This document shows, one piece after another, positions 50,554-62,590 of a DNA stretch of 64,000 bases. Position 1 is the first letter of the stretch. The number at the start of each line of letters is the position of its first letter. The position numbers and the translations under genes were made by a program. Origin of the DNA: Alphaproteobacteria bacterium (GTDB lineage Bacteria; Pseudomonadota; Alphaproteobacteria; SP197); contig OZ219747.1 in the NCBI GenBank assembly GCA_964291265.2, positions 256,001 to 320,000 of the forward strand. The letters run 5' to 3'. The notes under the pieces were generated by a model that was not told the DNA's origin, ran no database searches, and was given only the letters and a program-made list of their open reading frames with translations.

Positions 50554-51694
50554 GCCGGGGGGCGTCACAACTCCGCCCGGCATCGCATCGCTCTTTCTCT
50601 TGATGCCGATCTAGCATCCACCCGGGGCGGCGGCAAAGACGCCGCCCCGGGACCGGACAACGCGACCCGCCCACAGGGAAGACAAACAATCCCGCGAGTG
50701 CCTCGGAACCGGAACCCTCCCGGCAACCGTCACCAAGACCGAAGCAGAGGTCGACGGAACCCGAACCGGACCAAAACGACAATAGGAAAAGACGGCGGCG
50801 CTCGGGGAGACAACCAGCCGAACACTCAAACCACGACAACAGGACGTGACAATAGGACCTGACAACAGGGAAGAAACACGACCCTGACAAAGCGCGGCAA
50901 ATCGCCGAAATCCCGCCGTTCTATGCAGCCATCAACATCAACAACGGACACTGGGTCTACTTCAACACCCAGAACGATGAAGACAACGGAACCGTCATCG
51001 ACTTCATGCTCAACCGCGGACTGGCCTTCGCCGACATCTGCACCCGCTTCACAGCACCCGACGCCGCGCCACGCGACTTCCGCAGCCTCTGGGCCGCGGC
51101 AACGCCCGATGCGGCCCCGGACTGGCTCACCGGGCGCGGCATCCTCCCGGAGACCCTCGACACCTGCCGCCCCCTGGTCCGCCGCGACCACAACGGACGC
51201 GTCCTCTTCGCCCATCGCAACAGGAAGCGAAAGCTCACCGGCTTCGAGATCGGTCCCCCCGACGGACCGAAACGCTTCGCCACCGGTGGAACCCGAAGCC
51301 TGTTCGCCGTCCGCGCCGGAACCGCCGCGGACCTCGAGGCCCTCGTCATCACCGAAAGCGCCGTCGACGCCCTCAGCCTGGCCCAGATCGACCAATGTCC
51401 CCCCAGCCACGCCTTCCTCTCCACCGCCGGGGCACCCTCGCGAAGACAGCACGAACAGATCAGCCTCGCCGCAAGCAGCCTGCCCAACGTCAGGACCATC
51501 GTCCTCGCCCAGGACCACGACGAGGCCGGAGAGCGACAGGCCGAAACCCTGCGCAAAAAGATGAAGCTCCCCTCCCACGTCTCGTTCCACAGACGCAGAC
51601 CGCCGGAAAACGCCGACTGGAACGACGTCGTCAACGCCAGGACCAAAGAACCACAAGCGAGATCATGACCACGTCCGTCACAAGGAGACCACTC

Positions 51695-51985
51695 ATGCCC
51701 CTCACGCCCGCCGAAAAGCAGCGGCGATACCGGGAACGGCGCAAGGCCGGCATCCCTCCCGTCCACACCCCAAAGCACCGTGACCGGCGCTCGCGACCGC
51801 AACGCTGGAACGACGCCGTGGCCGAACTGCGCGCCCTGCAGGACGAATGGCGTGACCGCCTCGACAGCATCCCCGAAAGCCTCCGTGACACGCCTTACGG
51901 AGAACGCCTGCAGAGCGTCGCCGATGCCGACATCGAGGCCCTCGAGGACATCGAACCGCCACGCGGCTACGGAAGGGATACGTGA
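51695..51985 (+). CDS. Small hypothetical protein, outer copy
   Basis: Same protein as 46852-46562; AAGGAG RBS. Confidence 0.72.
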   Translation: MPLTPAEKQRRYRERRKAGIPPVHTPKHRDRRSRPQRWNDAVAELRALQDEWRDRLDSIPESLRDTPYGERLQSVADADIEALEDIEPPRGYGRDT

Positions 51986-52549
51986 TCCCGCAAGACCCTT
52001 GAACGCGGTCACGCGTTACCATCCAGGAATGAGAACGTCTCACCCCGACGCGCTTCTCAGCCTCCCCGGGAAACCCCCGGGCCGTCCAAACGACACCGCA
52101 TCACGAGACTGCCGCAGCCGCTGGCCGGACTGGCTTACAGGTCGCAGCATCCGCCCGAAAACACTCAACGCCTGCCGCACCCTGCAGGACGAATGGCGTG
52201 ACCGCCTCGACAGCATCCCCGAAACCCTCCGTGACACGCCTTACGGAGAACGCCTGCAGAGCGTCGCCGATGCCGACATCGAGGCTCTCGAGGACATCGA
52301 ACCGCCACGCGGCTACGGAAGGGACACGTAATCTCGCAAGACCCTTGAACGCGGTCACGCGTTACCATCCAGGAATGAGAACGTCTCACCCCGACGCGCC
52401 TCTCAGCCTCCCCGGGAAACCCCCGGGCCGTCCAAACGACACCACATCACGAGACTGCCGCAGCCGCTGAGCCGCAGCAACGCCCGATCCGCCGCCGGAC
52501 TGGCTCACAGGTCGCAGCATCCGCCCGAAAACACTCGACGCCTGCCGCA
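51834..52549 (+). repeat. Internal tandem duplication, units 51834-52179 and 52180-52549
   Basis: Repeats the 3' half of the small ORF, a spacer with two hairpins and part of a decayed Toprim gene; unit 2 has 24 extra bp. Confidence 0.88.
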
Positions 52550-52765
52550 CCCTGCGCCGCCGCAACCGCAACGCACGCAGCCTCTTCGCCCAGCGCAACA
52601 GAAACCGTCAGCTCTCCAGCCTCGAGATCGTCCCGCCCGACGAACCACGACGAGGCCGGAAAACGCCAGAACGAAACCACGCGCAAAAGCCTGAAGCTCC
52701 CCTCCCACATCACGTTCCACAAACGCCGAACGCCAGAAAACGCCGACCGGAACGACATCGTCAAC
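52437..52765 (+). pseudogene. Decayed, internally deleted paralogue of the Toprim gene
   Basis: Aligns by eye to ~51059-51268 and ~51515-51635. Confidence 0.75.
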
Positions 52766-52929
52766 GTCAATGCAAGACCAATGGGATCCAACAATAGGCA
52801 GAAAACAAAGACCGGGCGGACCTTCGTCCAATGCCGCACGTTCTCCTGTCGTGGTCACCCACTCACACGATCAGCGCCCAAAAGAGCGGTTCTCCGCCAA
52901 TATCCCGCCGTTCTAAATCGCCGCCGACA

Positions 52930-53010
52930 GTGGTGGCGGGCTTTCGCCATCTCACCGGCCGTGACCTCGATCCCCAACTTCACACGCACTGCGTTCTGGC
53001 GAACATGCAA
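52930..53010 (+). pseudogene. MobF relaxase, continuation with HUH motif
   Basis: VVAGFRHLTGRDLDPQLHTHCVLANM, in frame with the 39600 fragment after removing the element. Confidence 0.9.
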
Positions 53011-53507
53011 GCGCTCCTGATGAAGGCGATGATGTCAACGAGACCTGGCAGCAGCCACGAGGTCGTCGACACCGGTGCGACGGAAACTGGCGTGCGGAAC
53101 GGTCGTCGTGGAAGATCCGAAGACCGCCGACATGACCCGGAGTACAAGGGGCACGGTCGAGCATCCCGGGACGAACGTGAAGGCGAGGTCCGGGCTGAAC
53201 CGCGGGGTCTTCGCCACGGACCGGGGTGAGTTGCGGGCGATGCCCGGCTGAAGGGCTCCGCGCCTCGTCTGAGGTGAACGCGGCGCATGCCATGCCAGAC
53301 GTATGCGGTGCAACAACGGCTTGACGCCGCCTCGCGTCCGTCGCAAGCGACATTTCACATGCTCAGGCCTCATGGCCATGCGAACCTGAATGCGGCCCGC
53401 AACATCAGGCGTCGGGGACTGGCGCGCCTCCACGGGGAAAGAGCGTTGCCGTCAGGCATGATCCGTAAAGCGGATCGGATCCTCGCGGCATGAGCCTCTC
53501 ACTCAAC
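53011..53507 (+). pseudogene. Degraded TnpB (IS200/IS605) 3' remnant
   Basis: GTVVVEDPKTADMTRSTRGTVEHPGTNVKARSGLNR, stops and frameshifts, SRPSQATFH, HANLNAARNI; ends in TCAAC. Confidence 0.8.
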
Positions 53508-53692
53508 GATGCGAGTCCCATGCGGAATGACTGACCTCTCTGGCGGCGTGCCATGTCGAACCGGACTTGAATTCAGCCCATTCAAGCAAAACCATGACCC
53601 GGCATCCCTCGCAGACGAACCTGCAGGCCAGGCCGGTTCCCATGACGCCGCCACCGACCATGCGTGCCGTTGTGGGGATGGCGGCGGCCATC
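53508..53692 (-). pseudogene. N-terminal remnant of a GcvT-family FAD oxidoreductase
   Basis: IPTTARMVGGGVMG...LLEWAEFKSGSTWHAA, truncated near the TnpB remnant. Confidence 0.6.
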
Positions 53693-53705
53693 GACGGAGT
53701 CGGTG

Positions 53706-54374
53706 TCACCCTCGGGAGAGGGCGAGGACCATGGAAAGCTGACACAACGGCAAGCCGGTCTCGTCGGCCCATGCATTGAAGGCGGCCGCGACCTGGCGCT
53801 TCGCGGCCCTGCCCTTGGGCGGGCGGGTGACGATGTCGCTGTGGATCAATGCCCCGATGACGTCGCCGGTCAGGACGAAGGTGTCCTTTCCCGCCATTCT
53901 GAGGAAGGAGGGGCCCGAATTGCCGCCGAGCTGCCTGAATCTCTTCGCCAGCACGTCCCACAGCCCGACGATGTCGTCGCCCGGCCAGCCGGCGATCCAG
54001 GATCCGAACCCGCCGTGATCCGCGGACATGACAACCATGGACGTGGCATTGCTGCGCACGGCGGAGATCTTGGTCCAGTGGCGGATGAGAGCCCGGTTGG
54101 CCGCCAGCTCGTCGAGCTCCTCGTCGCTCATCATGGCCACCCTCTTCGGCGCGAAGCCGTGAAAGGCGTCTTCGAACGCCGGCCACTTCGAATCGACGAG
54201 AGCGTGCTTGAGACCGGCGCGGAAAATGCGCAGCGACATCAGCGAGAGGTAACGATCATCGCCCGTGGCGGCAAGGTCCGCCGTCGTCTTCGGCCGGGGA
54301 AGCCGGGCCTGGAGATTCCCGCGCCCGCCGCAGCGAGCCTCCGCCCGCTTCAGGAATGGTCCGAAGGGTACCAT
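53706..54374 (-). CDS. DNA-3-methyladenine glycosylase I family protein
   Basis: DDRYLS, IFRAGL..KWPAFEDAF, LIRHWTKI.AVRSNA. Confidence 0.8.
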   Translation of the reverse strand: MVPFGPFLKRAEARCGGRGNLQARLPRPKTTADLAATGDDRYLSLMSLRIFRAGLKHALVDSKWPAFEDAFHGFAPKRVAMMSDEELDELAANRALIRHWTKISAVRSNATSMVVMSADHGGFGSWIAGWPGDDIVGLWDVLAKRFRQLGGNSGPSFLRMAGKDTFVLTGDVIGALIHSDIVTRPPKGRAAKRQVAAAFNAWADETGLPLCQLSMVLALSRG

Positions 54375-55147
54375 CAGGCAGGTTTGAACGACTCCACCGC
54401 GGCGACAGCCGCATCCCGCAGCAACGCATGATCGGCAGCCGCGAGCACCATGTCATAGCCTCTCTCGAACATGGCTGAGGGGTCGTCGAAGGGCGCCGGA
54501 ATTCCGCCGAGCAGGCGTCCCGACTCCCTGATGCGGCGCTCTGCCTCGTCCAGAAGCTCACGGGCCTCCGCAGAGGTCTGGTCGTGAAGCCGGTCGATGC
54601 TGCTCGAGAGATCGTTGCGGCCGATGAAGAGAACATCGATACCCTCGATGCCGCCGATCTCGGCGAGATTGCCGACGGTGACCGCGGTTTCAACCTGGGT
54701 CAGCACGAGGACATCCTCACCGCGGTTGCAGATGAAGGCGTCCTTGTCGTAGCCGTAGCGTGCCGCCCTCACGTTTCCGGGGGCAACTCCGCGCACCCCA
54801 AGCGGCGGCATTCTACAGGCGGCCACCACCCGTGATGCCGCTTCGGCGGTTTCGACGAGCGGCACCATGATGCCGTCGATGCCCGTGTCAAGGGCCTTCT
54901 TGATCAGCTGGGTATCGTTGTCCCTTACCCGCATCATCGCCGTGTCGGTGCCGCCCGAACGAACGGCCTGCAGCTGGGTGATGGCGGACAAGGCATCGCC
55001 CGGACCGTGTTCCTGATCGATCATGATCAAATCGAAGCCGGCGCCCGCCATGATTTCCGTAGCGATCGGGCTTTCCATGTTCACCCATGCGCCGAGCTGC
55101 TTCGCGCCACCCTTCATGGCATGGCGAATGAGATTACCTGTCGGCAT
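54374..55147 (-). CDS. HpcH/HpaI aldolase family protein
   Basis: GFDLIMIDQEHG, PPLGVRG, QVET, FIGRNDLS. Confidence 0.9.
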   Translation of the reverse strand: MPTGNLIRHAMKGGAKQLGAWVNMESPIATEIMAGAGFDLIMIDQEHGPGDALSAITQLQAVRSGGTDTAMMRVRDNDTQLIKKALDTGIDGIMVPLVETAEAASRVVAACRMPPLGVRGVAPGNVRAARYGYDKDAFICNRGEDVLVLTQVETAVTVGNLAEIGGIEGIDVLFIGRNDLSSSIDRLHDQTSAEARELLDEAERRIRESGRLLGGIPAPFDDPSAMFERGYDMVLAAADHALLRDAAVAAVESFKPA

Positions 55148-56540
55148 GGTCGCTGTCTCCCCGAACCTGTGCTCGCCTGGTGTTGCCGGCTGCAACCGGC
55201 CGCAACAAGAACGCCGGCACGAACGGTCCCTCGCCGAAGGGGACGGCACCGGCATCTTCCATCTCCTTCACCTTGACCTCGGCCTTCTCCTTCACCCGGA
55301 CCCTGTCCTTGGCGGCCGCGCGACGACGTGCTGTTGCATCGTCCTTTTCCCAGTTCCGCCGATCGCGGCGTCTGCTCCCCCGTGGACGGTCGCCTGCGCA
55401 GGCAAGGTCGGCGTGGCGAACGCCTTCCAGTTCGACCACCGGCAGCTGGCGGGAGATGAACCTGGCAATGGCATCAAGCGCGTCGCGGTCTTCGGGTGTC
55501 GCCAGCATGTAGGAACAGCCCCTCATGCCGGCACGGCCGGTTCGACCGATGCGATGAACATAGTCCTCGGCATTGACGGGAACATCGTAGCAGATGACAT
55601 GGCTGACACCGAAGATGTCGATGCCCCTGCCCGCCACGTCGGTACACACCATGGTTCGGGAATCACCGTTCCTGAAGGTGGCCAGAGCGGTCTCCCGGTC
55701 ATGCTGAGACATGTCGCCCTGCATGCGCACGGCGTCGATACCGCGCCTCACCAGGGAACCATGGAGGGAATCGACATCCCGCTTGCGGTTGGCGAAGACC
55801 ATGGAGCTCGTGACCTCCTGCATGCCCAGGAGATGGCGCAGGGCCCGCTGCTTTTCGCGACCATCCTCGACGATGACGAGAGACTGATCCACGGTGTCGG
55901 CCGGCGAATCCGGAGGCGCCACCGCCACTTCCCTGGGGTTGTGGAGAAATCTCTCTGCCAGCTTGCGGATCTCGGCGGGCATCGTCGCCGAGAACATCAG
56001 CGTGTGGCGAAGCGGCGGCAGCATGGTGCAGATGCGCTCGACATCGGGAATGAACCCCATGTCGAGCATCCTGTCGGCCTCGTCGATGACGAGGTGCTTG
56101 ACGCCCATCATCAGGATCTTGCCGCGCTCGATCATGTCGAGCAGCCGCCCGGGCGTGGCGATCAGGATGTCCACATGACCCGTCAGCGCCTGTTCCTGGG
56201 CCCGCATGTCATTGCCACCGACAAGCAGTGCTGCCTCGAGATCGGTCAGGCTGGCGTAGATGCGGAAGTTCTCCATGGTCTGTTGCGCCAGTTCGCGGGT
56301 CGGCGAGATGATGAGCGCCCGCGGCATGCGCATGCGCGCCCTGCTACCCATCAGGATGTCAAGCAGCGGCAGGACGAAGGCTGCTGTCTTGCCGGTTCCG
56401 GTCTGCGCACAACCCAGGAGATCGCGCCCCTGCAGGGCTACCGGGATGGCTTTCTGCTGGATTGGTGTGGCTTCGTGGTAACCGGCTTTCGCGATTGCCG
56501 CCAGGACTTCAGGGCCAAGCCCCAGGTCTTCGAATTTCAT
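55134..56540 (-). CDS. DEAD-box RNA helicase (RhlE-like)
   Basis: Q motif TPIQ, AQTGTGKT, PTRELA, DEAD, SAT, HRIGRTGR. Confidence 0.94.
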   Translation of the reverse strand: MKFEDLGLGPEVLAAIAKAGYHEATPIQQKAIPVALQGRDLLGCAQTGTGKTAAFVLPLLDILMGSRARMRMPRALIISPTRELAQQTMENFRIYASLTDLEAALLVGGNDMRAQEQALTGHVDILIATPGRLLDMIERGKILMMGVKHLVIDEADRMLDMGFIPDVERICTMLPPLRHTLMFSATMPAEIRKLAERFLHNPREVAVAPPDSPADTVDQSLVIVEDGREKQRALRHLLGMQEVTSSMVFANRKRDVDSLHGSLVRRGIDAVRMQGDMSQHDRETALATFRNGDSRTMVCTDVAGRGIDIFGVSHVICYDVPVNAEDYVHRIGRTGRAGMRGCSYMLATPEDRDALDAIARFISRQLPVVELEGVRHADLACAGDRPRGSRRRDRRNWEKDDATARRRAAAKDRVRVKEKAEVKVKEMEDAGAVPFGEGPFVPAFLLRPVAAGNTRRAQVRGDSDHADR

Positions 56541-56641
56541 GCCTCTCCATGTTCCTGGTCGAGTGTGGCCATCATGAGGGAAACGCAAGGGCCGCTGCGG
56601 AGCGGATACTCCGTCGATGCGGTCGAGGTCAACCAGCGTCC

Positions 56642-59165
<2,524 letters not shown>

Positions 59166-59354
59166 TCAAGGCGGACTGTAAAGGGAACATTGTCCGGATT
59201 GCAAGGGATATCAAAGCCCCATATGGTGCAAACACCCTTGCCGGTCTCCAAGACCGTGCAGAATCGCCATGGCGCGGCGTGTCGATGGGAAAACTCCGCT
59301 GCCAGTGCTGGCGTGTTCCGTCAGGGTGAACGTCAATCGCGTCCGGAGCTGGTC

Positions 59355-60161
59355 ATGAGGGACATGAGGATCCACCCTCTGTATTATGCGTTGATTGCCT
59401 TCAGGAGGACCTGGACCGGCATCGATACCATCCTGCGGCTGTCCTGGTTCCCGGTCCTGCTCGTTGCCGTTGCAGTGCACTTCCTGACTCCTGATGCCTC
59501 CGTCTCCGACAGCGCCGGCCTGCCGCCCGACGGCATCCTGCGCCTTGCCCTCCTCGCCATCGTCGGCCTCATGGTGCAGGCCATGATCGCCGTGGCATGG
59601 CACCGCACCATGCTGGCTGGCTTCGACGCGTCGAAGGTGCGCATCTACATCCGATTCGGGATTCGCGAGTTTCTCTACGGCATCATTTCCGTCTTCCTCG
59701 CCATCATCGTGGTCATGGGCCTCTACGTGGTGACTGGCTTGGTGGCCACGTTCTTCGCTGCCTCACTGGGCGTATCCGGTCCCCTGTGGCAGATGTTGGC
59801 TTTTCTGATCGGTACGGTGCCGGTCATTCTCATCGTCGCCCGGTCGTGCCTCGTGCTCCCGTCCATTGCCGTGGGCTTCGGGGCCGACCTCATCCGCAGC
59901 TGGCAGATCACCAAGGGCTATGGAGCCCATGTGTCGGCAACGCTGTTCCTCGTCTGCCTGCCGCTGGTTGCCGTCAGCATCGTCCTGCTTCACCTGAGCG
60001 GCATGCTCGTCGAACGCGGTCTCGGCGTCGTGGTCGAACTGGTCATGAACTACGTGAACATGATCATCAACATCGTGATGATGTGCTTCGTGGTGACAAC
60101 GCTGAGCATACTGTATGCCGAACTCTATCGAGGCGAGGCCGACGAGGATTCGCAGACTTGA
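59355..60161 (+). CDS. Hypothetical multi-pass membrane protein
   Basis: About six hydrophobic helices, AVAWHR motif. Confidence 0.7.
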   Translation: MRDMRIHPLYYALIAFRRTWTGIDTILRLSWFPVLLVAVAVHFLTPDASVSDSAGLPPDGILRLALLAIVGLMVQAMIAVAWHRTMLAGFDASKVRIYIRFGIREFLYGIISVFLAIIVVMGLYVVTGLVATFFAASLGVSGPLWQMLAFLIGTVPVILIVARSCLVLPSIAVGFGADLIRSWQITKGYGAHVSATLFLVCLPLVAVSIVLLHLSGMLVERGLGVVVELVMNYVNMIINIVMMCFVVTTLSILYAELYRGEADEDSQT

Positions 60162-61105
60162 TCGCCAACCCGCCACCATGGCCCGGTGGCGCCCGCTGCG
60201 CCGTCGCGTTCACCTTCGACATGGACGCCGATTCCATCCTTCATCTCGGCTTCCACGGAACGGCTGACACCAGGGTAGCCGCGCTGTCTGCCCTGCGCTA
60301 CGGGCCCGAGGTCGCCGTGCCGCGGCTCGTCGACATCTACGCGGAATTCTCCATGCGCCAGACATTCTTCCTTCCGGCATGGTGCATCGAGCGGTATCCG
60401 GCGGCGGTTGACTCGATCCTCGGGGGAGACCACGAGATCGGCCATCACCACTACCTTCACGAACACGCCAACGAGATGCCGGCAGCCGAGGAACGCTCCT
60501 GGTTCGAGCGCAGCCTCGATGTCATCGTCCGGGCAACGGGCCGGCGGCCGGCCGGCTACCGGGCCGCCGCCTATCGATTCTCGCGAAACACCCTCGACAT
60601 CCTCGTTGATGCGGGCATCCGCTACGACGCCTCGCTCTTCGGCGACGATGTGCCCTATGTTCTCGCGAATGACCGCGGGTCGATTGTCGAACTGCCGAGC
60701 CACTACGGTCTCGATGACTGGCCCCATTTCCAGTTCTCCCGGGACTTCGCGACCCTGATGCCGATCAAGTCGGCTGCAGAGGCGCACAGGGTCTTCCGGG
60801 AGGAGTTCGATGCCGCCTGGGAATACGGCGGCCTGTGGGTTTCGGTGTGGCATCCCTTCCTCAGCGGACGCCTTGCCCGGGCCCGGGAGATGAGGTCTCT
60901 CGTCCGCTACATGCACGAGAAGGGTGATGTCTGGTTCGCCACCCTCGAGGAGATCGCCCGCCATGTCCGGCACCTTGAGGAAAGCGGTTCCTGGACACCG
61001 CGTCGCGACCGTCTTCCCTATTATCCAGGGCCCATTCCGGAACTCGGCGACACCGAACCAAGGAATGTCGAGCCGCGGCAGGGCTCCAACCCGGCGGCAG
61101 CGTGA
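60158..61105 (+). CDS. Polysaccharide deacetylase family protein (PuuE/PgdA-like)
   Basis: WPGGARCAVAFTFDMD, HEIGHHHYLHE, GYRA, WHPFLSGR; TTG start overlaps the upstream stop. Confidence 0.88.
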   Translation: MIANPPPWPGGARCAVAFTFDMDADSILHLGFHGTADTRVAALSALRYGPEVAVPRLVDIYAEFSMRQTFFLPAWCIERYPAAVDSILGGDHEIGHHHYLHEHANEMPAAEERSWFERSLDVIVRATGRRPAGYRAAAYRFSRNTLDILVDAGIRYDASLFGDDVPYVLANDRGSIVELPSHYGLDDWPHFQFSRDFATLMPIKSAAEAHRVFREEFDAAWEYGGLWVSVWHPFLSGRLARAREMRSLVRYMHEKGDVWFATLEEIARHVRHLEESGSWTPRRDRLPYYPGPIPELGDTEPRNVEPRQGSNPAAA

Positions 61106-61184
61106 CGACCGATCCGATGTCGTGTATCAAATAGGGAATGTCGCAACAACGCAAATGCAGACCGACATTCGGTGCATGATTCGG

Positions 61185-61259
61185 GGTGGCTAGTCGGATT
61201 CGAACCGACGGCCTCCTGGACCACAACCAGGCGCTCTAACCGACTGAGCTATAGCCACC
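61185..61259 (-). tRNA. tRNA-His (GTG)
   Basis: G-GTGGCTA acceptor stem, anticodon arm CCTGG-TTGTGGT-CCAGG, GGTTCGAATCC; G-1 and C73 present; CCA not encoded. Confidence 0.95.
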
Positions 61260-61324
61260 ACAATGACCTGCCGTTCTCTACGACGCCAGCCGTCTCCCGG
61301 TCAACCCGACACTCCGGACCTGAC

Positions 61325-62488
61325 ATGATTCCTGCCGACAATCTCCAGAACATGGGCTCCGAGACAGCGTTTGCCGTGCTCGCCCGCGCCAACCAGCTCA
61401 CTGCCGAGGGGCGCGACATCATCAATCTCGGAATCGGCCAGCCGGACTTCCGCACTCCGGATCACATCGTCGAGGCGGCCGTCAAGGCCCTGCGCGACGG
61501 CCACCACGGCTACACGCCGGCACCGGGCATCATGCCCCTGCGCGAAGCTGTGGCGGCCGACATCCTGAAATACCGCGGCGTGGAGGTGTCTCCGGAACAG
61601 GTCATGGTGGTTCCGGGAGGCAAGATGACCATGTTCTTCGCCATCCTCATGTTCGGTCAGCCGGGCCACGAGATTCTCTATCCCAATCCCGGGTTTCCGA
61701 TCTACGAATCCATGATTCGCTACACTGGCGCCACGCCCGTTCCCATCGAACTTCACGAGGACAGGCTGTTTTCCTTCAGCGCCGACGAAGTGCTGTCGAA
61801 GCTGTCGGAGCGCACGCGGCTGATCATCATCAACAGTCCCGGCAATCCCACCGGCGGCGTCATCGACGACGAAGAGCTCGACCGCCTTGTCGCCGGCCTC
61901 GAGGACTTCCCCGAGACGGCCGTGCTGTCGGACGAGATCTACTGCCGTCTTGTCTTCGACAACAGGGCCCACCGCAGCCTGCTCGGCTATGAATCGATCC
62001 GCGACCGCCTCATCCTGCTCGACGGCTGGTCCAAGACCTACGCCATGACCGGCTGGCGGGCCGGCTACGGTGTGTGGCCCAGGAGCCTCATCGATGACAT
62101 CGACAAGATGATCGTCAACGCCAACTCCTGCACCAACGCGGCAACCCAGATGGCCTGCCTTGCCGCCCTCACCGGTCCCCAGGACAGTGTCGAGACCATG
62201 CGCCGGGCCTTCGAGGAGCGACGCGGGGTGATCGTCGATCTGCTGAACGCCATCCCGGGATTTCATTGCGTCATGCCCGGAGGAGCGTTCTATGCCTTCC
62301 CCAACATCGCCGGAACGGGACGCCATTCCTTGGAACTCGGTCAGGCCTTGCTCGAGGAATGCGGCGTGGCCACGGTCCACGGCACCAGCTTCGGCGCCAT
62401 GGGCGAGGGTTTCCTGCGTCTCTCCTACGCTGCGTCCATGGAGAACATTCGCGAAGCGGCCCGCCGCATGAGCGACTATCTCGGCTGA
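61325..62488 (+). CDS. PLP-dependent class I/II aminotransferase (AspAT-like)
   Basis: LGIGQPDF, NSPGNPTG, SDEIY, SKTYAMTGWRAG. Confidence 0.93.
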   Translation: MIPADNLQNMGSETAFAVLARANQLTAEGRDIINLGIGQPDFRTPDHIVEAAVKALRDGHHGYTPAPGIMPLREAVAADILKYRGVEVSPEQVMVVPGGKMTMFFAILMFGQPGHEILYPNPGFPIYESMIRYTGATPVPIELHEDRLFSFSADEVLSKLSERTRLIIINSPGNPTGGVIDDEELDRLVAGLEDFPETAVLSDEIYCRLVFDNRAHRSLLGYESIRDRLILLDGWSKTYAMTGWRAGYGVWPRSLIDDIDKMIVNANSCTNAATQMACLAALTGPQDSVETMRRAFEERRGVIVDLLNAIPGFHCVMPGGAFYAFPNIAGTGRHSLELGQALLEECGVATVHGTSFGAMGEGFLRLSYAASMENIREAARRMSDYLG

Positions 62489-62590
62489 ACCCGACGGCAC
62501 CTGCCGTCATGGCGCCGGACGGGACGGCGCAAGCGATCCCGACAACGCGGTCACCAGGGATGGCTCAGCCTGCCTGAAACCCGCTCCTAG

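Larger units (their letters stand above)
45618..50937 (-). mobile_element. Inner, intact, inverted copy of the IS21-family cargo element (5320 bp)
   Basis: Same termini as the outer element; 5-bp TSD TCAAC at 45613-45617 and 50938-50942. Confidence 0.93.
45450..51668 (+). pseudogene. Toprim/DUF3991-like gene of the outer element, split by the inner copy
   Basis: 45450-45617 plus 50943-51668 rejoin to match the intact copy at 47772-46879. Confidence 0.88.
39923..52929 (+). mobile_element. Outer IS21-family cargo element (~5.3 kb net of nested insertions)
   Basis: TGT...ACA ends sharing TAGAACGGCGGGAT; 5-bp TSD GTGGT at 39918-39922 and 52930-52934. Confidence 0.92.

Noticed and set aside
51059-52765. 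DGR-like template/variable repeat pair (Toprim gene versus its A-enriched copy)
   Set aside because: No reverse transcriptase in the window, more than half of the differences are not at adenines, and the copy has a large deletion.
39923-52929. Large inverted duplication as an assembly artefact
   Set aside because: Each unit has its own precise TSD and the copies differ by substitutions and indels.
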